Shown here in pieces: positions 16,137-23,245 of a stretch of 23,245 nucleotides of DNA; the first letter of the stretch is position 1, and each line of letters opens with the position of its first letter. Origin of the DNA: Candidatus Moanibacter sp. (GTDB lineage: Bacteria; Verrucomicrobiota; Verrucomicrobiia; Opitutales; UBA2987); contig CBDCEW010000027.1 of NCBI GenBank assembly GCA_965215885.1, positions 1 through 23,245 of the forward strand. Reading direction: 5' to 3'. A model generated the notes under the pieces. The model ran no database searches, was not told the origin of the DNA, and saw only the letters and a program-made list of their open reading frames with translations. Both the position numbers and the translations under genes were made by a program.

Positions 16137-18704
16137 CTAATGATGCTCCGCATGGTCGGTCGCATGGCTGTGGTCGTGATCGAATCCCCTCTCGTGCATG
16201 CGATTGTGGAGGCGCCGATAGGCCGATTCCAAAACCAATCGCATCTGCTTGTAGCGCCGACCCTCGGCCCGCGTCCCGATAATATCCAGATAAGCGATGG
16301 AGGCTTCGATCTGCTCGAGAATCGTCACGGCGTCAGCCTCGGCGTAAAATGGACTTCCAGCTACGTCGATCATCACCGGTGTCGAATGTGCCCCGATCAT
16401 TTCGGGCTTATCGGGATCGCTGTATTTGGCCCGCACCAGCAAAGCCAACCACGAACTGCGGTCCACCTTCACCGTCCAGCTTCCCTCATCCTCGCTCGGG
16501 TTCACGCTTTGGCTCTCTCGAATCTCACCATTAACGACGAGTTCCACCCGCGTCATCGGGATGTAGACGCTGGCCGCTTTCCACGTTACATCGACGGTTC
16601 CGCCGGTCGAGGAGAGGGAAAACCTGCTGCCCATCGTCTTACCATCGACCGCAAACTCGAGAAGCGGCCCGTAGGTGCAAAAGGTCTCGCCACCGCGCAC
16701 CGAATTCATCCACGACTCGTTCGTAAACTCCTCCTCGGGCCCAATCCGCGCATAGGTGCGGATTGTGCCAACCGCAGTGTCGGCGCTCATCTTATCGGTT
16801 CCCCCGACAGCTGCCACGAGGTAGCCATTGTTGAGATACCGATACCAATCGGAAAGCGAATAGGGACTGATCCCACTGTAGAGGTCGCCCCACGAGCACA
16901 TCTCGATACCGTCGATCTCCTCCAACACGAGGCAGGCAGCGTTTTCCATTCGCGGCTGCGGAAAATGCGGCATGATGACAAGGCCGCCCTGCTCTTTGCA
17001 CTTTCGCGCCCACTCCGTCATCAGGATCTCAACTGGATCTCCAATGGCGGACTCGTTGGGGCCCCCGCTGCACATCGGGTTGATCATTTCCCCTCCGTAA
17101 CCGAGAAGGGAGATGTGCCCCAGAACATGCTGCCGATTCTCCGTCCCTACCCGAACCAGGTATTCACCCTCCCCGCCGGCCTCCCGCGAGCCGAATGTCG
17201 TCTTTCCGTCAAAGTCGCCCACATTCGACATCAGTTCGCCCCACTGGCTCGCGAGAAGATTGATCAGATTTACACCCTCCGCTGAGCCTTCCAGCATGGC
17301 GGTGGCAGGCGAAAGGAAATGGACGTGGGTGTCGGCTGTTACCCACCCACGTTCCCGCCACAATAGCACCTTATCCAGTTCGATCACGATCTCACGGGTC
17401 GATCGCTTCACCCGCACAACCTTCCGGACTGGCCTGATCTCGAAGCCCTTGGTGACTTCGACGTAGACTTTGCCCAGGGGCAAATCCACTTCAACCGTCC
17501 CCGGAATATAGGAGCACCGGTGCGGACCATGGCAGTATTCCGTGCCATAATCCTCGAACCATTCTTTGTTCGGGATACGATGGCGGTCGACCGGTGCCAG
17601 ATACTCACCATCCTCCCCATGAAGGTGGAGCTTTACGGGAACGTGCTCTCGACTCCCTGCGAGCCTTGTGACAATCCGGACCCGTTGGTCGGATGGTCTT
17701 ACGCCTGACAGCGGCGTCGACTTTGATTCTCCATTCGATTTCAGTCGGCTCACGGGGACGGTACGACCGTTCCAGAGGTGAAAGCGGGCATCCGGATGCG
17801 CCGCAAATTCGACTATGAGTTCACGCTCGGATTCTTCCGGCTTTAGATTCTGGCGGGTGGTCGGCCAACAGTGATTCGGGTAGATGAATCGCGGTTCGAC
17901 CGATATTACCTGCCCTAGATCGAGTTGCACCTGTTTATAGAGTCCGCTTTCATCGAGCACGGAATCGAAAGCTGTATTCCGCGGCATGCGAAGGACTGCC
18001 TTTTTTCGCCGTTCCCACCTCAAAGGATGTGACCTCGCCTTTCCGGCGGATAGGGCCGAAAGCACAACAATTCCGCAAACGGGCTCCAGTCGAATTGCCA
18101 CCACAGCTTTCCGGGAATTCGAATTACGAAACGCCCAGAGCCAGTTCGTCCAGCGGGAAAGATCGCGCCAATCAACCCGGCTCTGTCGCCGGCCCCATCG
18201 CGTTGTTCCTCCCTGCTCAGGCAGGTCTTTCATCGGCGCCGCAGTCGCATGAGGTACACATTCCGCGCAGTTCTCGCCCCAAATTCGTTGAACCGGTCCA
18301 ATTTCATACCGGCGCCGTATGGGAACACGCACTTCGCTCCCATCCTCATAAACAAAGACGTAATCCGCGGCGTGTTCTCCCAGCTTTCCAATCCCATGCA
18401 TAGGCGATATGAAACCGTCCTTATTGACCGGATCGGGACGCACATCGGAAGTGTGCAGAACGACGAACCATTCTGCCCGGGTAGGACGGATTCGCATCGT
18501 CACCACCTTCTCGGCCACAACGGCTACCCGATTCACTCGAAAGGGTAAACCCAAGAAGACGCACTCCCCGGAAGGCGCCATATCAGCTGCCTCCCGCATC
18601 TCTCTGGAGACGCCTGTTTCCCCAAGCAATTCCAGCTTAACCCGGCTGCGAAAACTCACCGGCGTAAAGTTTGGTGTTACGGGACCGTCCACAATCGTCT
18701 TCAT
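16137..18704 (-). CDS. CehA/McbA-like PHP-type metallohydrolase
   Basis: GWVTADTHVHF, E.RQH.LGH, PHFP, WYRYLN.G....AVGGTD and G..F.TYGPLL motifs; His-rich tail. ATG 18704 follows a GAGGAGG SD. Substrate unknown. Confidence 0.75.
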   Translation of the reverse strand: MKTIVDGPVTPNFTPVSFRSRVKLELLGETGVSREMREAADMAPSGECVFLGLPFRVNRVAVVAEKVVTMRIRPTRAEWFVVLHTSDVRPDPVNKDGFISPMHGIGKLGEHAADYVFVYEDGSEVRVPIRRRYEIGPVQRIWGENCAECVPHATAAPMKDLPEQGGTTRWGRRQSRVDWRDLSRWTNWLWAFRNSNSRKAVVAIRLEPVCGIVVLSALSAGKARSHPLRWERRKKAVLRMPRNTAFDSVLDESGLYKQVQLDLGQVISVEPRFIYPNHCWPTTRQNLKPEESERELIVEFAAHPDARFHLWNGRTVPVSRLKSNGESKSTPLSGVRPSDQRVRIVTRLAGSREHVPVKLHLHGEDGEYLAPVDRHRIPNKEWFEDYGTEYCHGPHRCSYIPGTVEVDLPLGKVYVEVTKGFEIRPVRKVVRVKRSTREIVIELDKVLLWRERGWVTADTHVHFLSPATAMLEGSAEGVNLINLLASQWGELMSNVGDFDGKTTFGSREAGGEGEYLVRVGTENRQHVLGHISLLGYGGEMINPMCSGGPNESAIGDPVEILMTEWARKCKEQGGLVIMPHFPQPRMENAACLVLEEIDGIEMCSWGDLYSGISPYSLSDWYRYLNNGYLVAAVGGTDKMSADTAVGTIRTYARIGPEEEFTNESWMNSVRGGETFCTYGPLLEFAVDGKTMGSRFSLSSTGGTVDVTWKAASVYIPMTRVELVVNGEIRESQSVNPSEDEGSWTVKVDRSSWLALLVRAKYSDPDKPEMIGAHSTPVMIDVAGSPFYAEADAVTILEQIEASIAYLDIIGTRAEGRRYKQMRLVLESAYRRLHNRMHERGFDHDHSHATDHAEHH

Positions 18705-18969
18705 CGTAATCCTCCTCACCTGTTGATCCTATTTCTACTGCGATTCACCATAGTTTCCTGCGCCGACCGTGCAACCCCCCAATGTCACTCGCACCGATCT
18801 ACCGTCTGCTCTTGCCAAGGGGCGAACAGCGACTCCAAGGCTGCCGGATCGATGATGGCTGATCGCTGATTCGTTTCTTCTCTTACACTCCTCCACCTGA
18901 ACAATCAAACGTCATCCATCAACAATTAGACTTTTGCTTGTTTCATTGGCCACTGTTGCGGTCTCCGGC

Positions 18970-19031
18970 AGTTGTGGCGCAAGTTGTGGCGCGAACCTGG
19001 CGCAAGTTATGGCGCAAGTTTGGCGTAAGTT
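18970..19031. repeat. Five-unit 11/12-bp tandem repeat (TGGCGCAAGTT consensus) directly after the fic stop codon
   Basis: TGGCG(C/T) at 18975, 18987, 18998, 19010 and 19021. Confidence 0.85.
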
Positions 19032-19032
19032 T

Positions 19033-20082
19033 TCATATCACCTTCTCCTTCAGCAGGTAGCGTGCTCTGTTCGTTGCCCCCTTCAACACCAAGACGCCTT
19101 TCCGAGTTAACGCCTGTAAGTCGCGTTGCAAAGACCGTCTGGAGGCGCTGAAACAAGCCCCCTGATAATCTCCCAGACTGACTTCCTCTTGGTCCATCAA
19201 GAGGAGTATTAGAGAACGCTGCCTATCATTCAGGTCGTAACGCGCGCAAAGCGCATCGGCCGCGATAATGCGTTTACCGCGTTCCTTCACCTCGTTCAGC
19301 TGGGTTTCCAACCCGGTCACGAAGAACTCCAACCATTCAGCCAATTCCATGTCCTGCTCGCGCACGCTTTGAATTGCCCCATAGAAAGCGGGCCGGTCTC
19401 GGTCATAATACTCGCTGATCGTAAAAAGCCGCTTGAAATCGTATCCTTCCCGATAGAGACAGAGCGTGGACAGCAGACGGGATACTCGTCCGTTGCCGTC
19501 ACGGAACGGGTGAATATGCACTAATTGGAACTGGGCAATCCCACTGACAAGTACGGGATGGGTATCCCTGGTAGAATTCAGCCAGCTGACCAATTCCCAC
19601 ATCAGATCGGGCACATTGCCGGGAGGCGGCGGTGTGTAGACGGTTTCACCTGTCGCTGAATTGACGACGTAGTTCTGAACGACACGATACTTTCCCGGTT
19701 GCGCTTCTCCGCCACGAACGCCCTGGACCAGACGTTTGTGGATCTCCCGAACGAGCCCTTCGGTTATCGGCCCCTTGCCATCCAGATACTCGCTCACGAA
19801 GTTGAAAGCGTCGCGGTAGTTCAGTAGTTCGCGGGTGTCGTCGGGATCCGCCTCCGGAACTGCCTCCCCGGCCAGCAAGCGTTCGGCCTGTTCGAGGGTC
19901 AGGCGGGTGCCTTCGATATGGGTGGTATGATGAGCTTCAAGCAGGAGAGCTTGGTCGGCCATTCGCTGAACCCAGGCCTCCGACAGTGTGGCGGCTTCAA
20001 GGAACCCGCGCGCCCGCTCAATCCCGGTCAGAGAGGCCGCGACGCGGTTCGTGATGCGATATTTCGGCACGAACGAGCTCAC
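19033..20082 (-). CDS. Fic-family protein with C-terminal HTH
   Basis: Canonical [12 protein letters not shown] active site; N-terminal autoinhibitory (S/T)xxxEG motif TTHIEG; C-terminal LNDRQ...[10 protein letters not shown]...G HTH. Confidence 0.92.
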   Translation of the reverse strand: MSSFVPKYRITNRVAASLTGIERARGFLEAATLSEAWVQRMADQALLLEAHHTTHIEGTRLTLEQAERLLAGEAVPEADPDDTRELLNYRDAFNFVSEYLDGKGPITEGLVREIHKRLVQGVRGGEAQPGKYRVVQNYVVNSATGETVYTPPPPGNVPDLMWELVSWLNSTRDTHPVLVSGIAQFQLVHIHPFRDGNGRVSRLLSTLCLYREGYDFKRLFTISEYYDRDRPAFYGAIQSVREQDMELAEWLEFFVTGLETQLNEVKERGKRIIAADALCARYDLNDRQRSLILLLMDQEEVSLGDYQGACFSASRRSLQRDLQALTRKGVLVLKGATNRARYLLKEKVI

Positions 20083-20264
20083 ACCTTCACCTCCACCCTG
20101 AAACTCGTATTACAGCCGCAACTTTCCACGACTCTTACACTTCTCCCATCAAAAATCCTGCTTCTGTCCACCGGTTCAGCATCCTGCAATTCCCCGATTT
20201 TTACCCCTTGCGGGTTGCCATCGGAAAGAAATATCTGAATTTTTCTGCCAGGTCGTTGCATCAT
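20079..20264 (-). pseudogene. Possible remnant of a DUF4357/GIY-YIG-type gene overlapping the fic start
   Basis: MMQRPGRKIQIFLSDGNPQGVKIGEL resembles the N-terminus of that family (recalled pattern, not searched); its stop overlaps the fic GTG (GTGA). Confidence 0.4.
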
Positions 20265-20533
20265 TAGTCTGAGTATTCTCTGGTGAGTCTGTCCGACTCT
20301 GTGGAAACGATCAATTCCCTTCTTCAATTCCGGGCTTGGGTGGGGCTGAAACCTTACATAGCATAAGCCTTCCCGTCGAACCACACCGAAATTCGGAACG
20401 CTCAAGTTCGACGCTCAGAGCTAGCGACTGCAAAGTGAAAAGTCGGAATGCGGCGGCGGTCGTTGTCGGTTGACGTTTGTTCGTATTTCGACGAATAACG
20501 AATATACAATTTCGAATAGACGCACTTATTAAG

Positions 20534-20808
20534 ACACCCGGTCCCGGCTTGACGCGGACGGGCTATCTAACTCAATCGCCATTTAGACTGTATTTGCCCT
20601 TGCTGTTCTCGGTGTTGAAACAAACGCCCCCGGACCCGCCTACGCCCTGCTCAGAAGACTGCTACGGCGTGGCAAGGGGGCCCCGGCGCCGCCTGCCTCG
20701 GCGAAGTTGCGCTCGCGCAACGAAGACGGGTTCCACCACGATCCACCCTGCCGTACGGCAGGGTGGATCGGGCGCTCCGCGCACGATGATGATTCAGAAA
20801 GTCAGCGA
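20534..20808 (+). repeat. Dispersed repeat F, copy 2, with nested inserts at 20635-20676 (42 bp, minus) and 20692-20730 (39 bp)
   Basis: Relative to 12999-13181 it has extra CCTGCC...CGGG-family elements, and a 32-bp perfect palindrome at 20739-20770. Confidence 0.8.
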
Positions 20809-21027
20809 TTTCGTCTTTCTGCGCAGCGGAATCCCACTCCCATGAGGAACTCGCGAATACCGCGGTCGACGCAATCAGAAGGAGCGTCGCCTATTTCCGT
20901 TCGATCACGATCGAGGGTGGATACGTCTACTACTACTCGCTCGATCTCACTGAAAGATGGGGTGAAGAAAGACAGAGGGCCGAACCATCGAGGTGCAGGC
21001 TCCGGGAACACCCGCTTTTGGTTCTGC

Positions 21028-21786
21028 CTAGGAGAGCACGTGGTTTGAAGACGCTGGACAAACCGGATGGCGATCCTCGTAGACTCCCCGCTTGAATTTT
21101 GAAGGATTCACATCGCTTGGAATATAGTGCCAGGCGGTGCTGTACCGGGTTCGGTCGGAAGTGTTGTCATATGAGCCGTGTAGAAGATTGGCGGAAAAGA
21201 ACACGACTGTCCCGCCGGGTACGACCAGATCGAGCGCGGCTGATTCGTCCACTTCAGTCCAGCTTCCGTAGGTCTGCCCATCCTTGACGTGATCCGCAAT
21301 CTCACCACTGAGGTGACTGCCGGGAACGACGCGAAGACACCCGTTGTCGCAATCCGACTCTTCCAAATAGATCCCGCAACTGAGGATGCGATCGGAATCA
21401 GTTCCAAAATAGTAGTTGTCCTGGTGCCAATGCGTCGACGTACCGAGGCGTGGCAGTTTTGGAAAAAACTTCGTGCCGAAGACATCGAAGTCGTCGCCCA
21501 CAAGGCATCTCGCCCGTTCAACAATCGCCGGTTCGCGCGCGAGTTCGAGGATCCGCGGCTCCTCCACACATACTCCTTGAATCTTATGAAGCATACCCGG
21601 TATAGGCTCTTCGCTCCTGTCGAGTTCCAGATTCCAGTTTTTATCGCTTTCCGCCAGCGAACGGCCCCTCTCCACCAGTTCGTCGAAGACGGAAGTATAC
21701 CAGGCAAGCCTCTCGCCGGAGATCAATGCCTCGAAGACGAGAAATCCACTTTCTCGAAAATCCTGAATTGCAGTATCCGTCAGCAT
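21028..21786 (-). CDS. Phytanoyl-CoA dioxygenase (PhyH) family Fe/2OG dioxygenase
   Basis: F.E.GFLV, FF.K.P, WHQD, NGCLRVVPGSH and LLHGS..N.SD..R motifs. Confidence 0.92.
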   Translation of the reverse strand: MLTDTAIQDFRESGFLVFEALISGERLAWYTSVFDELVERGRSLAESDKNWNLELDRSEEPIPGMLHKIQGVCVEEPRILELAREPAIVERARCLVGDDFDVFGTKFFPKLPRLGTSTHWHQDNYYFGTDSDRILSCGIYLEESDCDNGCLRVVPGSHLSGEIADHVKDGQTYGSWTEVDESAALDLVVPGGTVVFFSANLLHGSYDNTSDRTRYSTAWHYIPSDVNPSKFKRGVYEDRHPVCPASSNHVLS

Positions 21787-21817
21787 GAATTAGACCCGGT
21801 TATTCGAAGAACCAGAG

Positions 21818-21915
21818 AGTAAAGATCCTCGGGGCAAGCCCCGAGGCATTTGATATTAGACTTTATGAATTAGAAACGAAGCAAGCTTCGGGGAATTAAA
21901 CCCGAAGCGATTAAA
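21818..21915 (-). mobile_element. 98-bp non-autonomous IS200/IS605-type element, copy 2
   Basis: Base-for-base identical to 1331-1428, with unrelated flanks. Confidence 0.88.
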
Positions 21916-22046
21916 CCGCGGAGATCGCGGAGCAAGCAGAGAGAGATGGCAAGAAAATAGCTAGCAGAAAGATGAAACCTTACGGATTATCGTCTGTAAG
22001 CACGCTGCCCGTGCATGGACGTGGTAAGGGGTTTGGTAGTTCAGGC

Positions 22047-22253
22047 TCAGGTGCGTCCGTCGGCGCCGGCTTCTTTCGCGCCGACGGCGTGATCGATGGC
22101 CTCGGCGCTTCCCTCTGCACTGATTCCAGAGACGACCTTGACGGAGCAATTTGAGTCCGAAGCCGCTCCCGCGAGGATTCGAGTCACTTCATTGCGTTCT
22201 GCCGGGATGAGAAGGCAAGGGTGAAGAGGCGAGCACACCGCCGTTAACCACAT
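22047..22253 (-). pseudogene. Fragment of a dihydrodipicolinate synthase (DapA)-family gene
   Basis: AERNEVTRILA...VKVVSGISAEGSAEAIDHAVGAKEAGAD matches the ER..V...V.G......A...A..AGAD segment of DapA-like aldolases; the rest of the gene is missing. Confidence 0.6.
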
Positions 22254-22320
22254 ATCGCACCGCCCGATTCCAAACCACTTGCCAATTCTAAACCGTTTTT
22301 AGAAACATAATGTGTTACCT

Positions 22321-23245
22321 ATGTCCACGGATCATACCATCACGCTTCTTAGCGATCCCTGGCCGCCTCGCGACACGCCCGAGGCATCCTCTGAGCCGCT
22401 ATCTGTCCCCTACCTCGACCACCCGCCCGCGATCATCACGATCGACACCGGACGCCAGCTTTTCGTCGACGACTTCCTGATCGAGGAAACCACGCTCTCT
22501 CGCGTCTTCGTAAAACCGGAACTCGATCCCGCGAATCCGGTCCTCTCTCCGGAAACAGAGCACGAACTGGACAACGGCAACTGTCCGATGGCCGCGCCGT
22601 TCAACGACGGGATCTGTTACGACCCGGAAGAAAACCTCTACAAACTCTGGTATATGCCCGGCTGGTTCCACAGCACGGCGATGGCCATCAGTGAAGACGG
22701 CATCCACTGGCATCGTCCAAACTACGATGTCGTACCCGGCACGAATCTCGTTTGGCCACACGACGAAGGCGCGGATCGTGACGGATGTCTTGTCTGGCTC
22801 GACCACGATGCAAGGACCCGCGACGAGCGATTCAAGATGTTCCAGTTTTACAGAGTTACCGGTCGCGATGGATCGACGTCGAGCGTTGGCCAGCTTCACA
22901 TATCCGCGGATGGGATCCACTGGTCCGATCCAGTTGAAACGACACCCGTCGGCGACAACACTTCGTTCTTTTACAATCCGTTCCGCAAGAAATGGTGTAT
23001 GAGCGTGCGGCGATCCAGCATGAAACTGGGAAAACTGCGAGCCCGGTATTATCACGAACGGGACGACTTTCTGGATGGTGCTGACTGGGACCCCGCCATC
23101 GGCGAAGTATTCTGGCAGCGATGCGATCGATACGACCTGCCGGACCCAGCGCGACCGGATCACAGGGTGGCTCTGTATGATCTGAATGTCACGCCCTACG
23201 AAAGCCTGATGCTCGGCGCATTCGCCATCTTCCGCGGACCTGAGA
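22321..23245 (+). CDS. GH32-like beta-propeller glycoside hydrolase family protein (runs off the window)
   Basis: Not in the ORF track. Open frame from ATG 22321: ...IDTGRQLFVDDFLIE...NPVL...YKLWY...AISEDGIHW.RP...SADGIHW...GDNTSFFYNPFRKKW...PYESLMLG; two Asp-box SxDGxxW motifs. Confidence 0.75.
   Translation, partial: MSTDHTITLLSDPWPPRDTPEASSEPLSVPYLDHPPAIITIDTGRQLFVDDFLIEETTLSRVFVKPELDPANPVLSPETEHELDNGNCPMAAPFNDGICYDPEENLYKLWYMPGWFHSTAMAISEDGIHWHRPNYDVVPGTNLVWPHDEGADRDGCLVWLDHDARTRDERFKMFQFYRVTGRDGSTSSVGQLHISADGIHWSDPVETTPVGDNTSFFYNPFRKKWCMSVRRSSMKLGKLRARYYHERDDFLDGADWDPAIGEVFWQRCDRYDLPDPARPDHRVALYDLNVTPYESLMLGAFAIFRGPE

Noticed and set aside
16140..17285. 381-aa plus-strand ORF
   Set aside because: Antisense shadow of the metallohydrolase gene; no motifs.
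22399..23163. 254-aa minus-strand ORF
   Set aside because: Antisense shadow of the plus-strand GH32-like frame starting at 22321.

Overview
Bacterial chromosomal window. The gene set and repeat style are suggestive of a PVC-group organism such as Verrucomicrobia, but that is inference only. Coding content is mostly housekeeping or metabolic: a stand-alone AraC HTH (partial), a TauD-like dioxygenase (frameshifted), thpR, a UDG-family protein (frameshift near the 3' end), a TrmH methyltransferase, pcm, two tandem receiver-only response regulators, rsfS-nadD, DUF368, an aldo/keto reductase, a CehA/McbA-like metallohydrolase, Fic, a PhyH dioxygenase and a GH32-like beta-propeller (partial), plus decayed fragments resembling sthA, DapA and a DUF4357/GIY-YIG protein. 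There are two intact IS elements: an IS200-type tnpA element and an IS4-family element with 20-bp IRs and an 11-bp DR. The unusual content is intergenic, a dense nested population of small non-coding elements. These are: (i) four diverged ~160-bp four-way-junction elements with compensatory base changes; (ii) 24-42-bp hairpin mini-elements for which both filled and empty sites occur in the window; (iii) two identical 98-bp non-autonomous derivatives of the IS200 ends; (iv) a ~80-bp motif in three copies; (v) a ~180-nt rod-like hairpin. No CRISPR array, rRNA or tRNA was seen.
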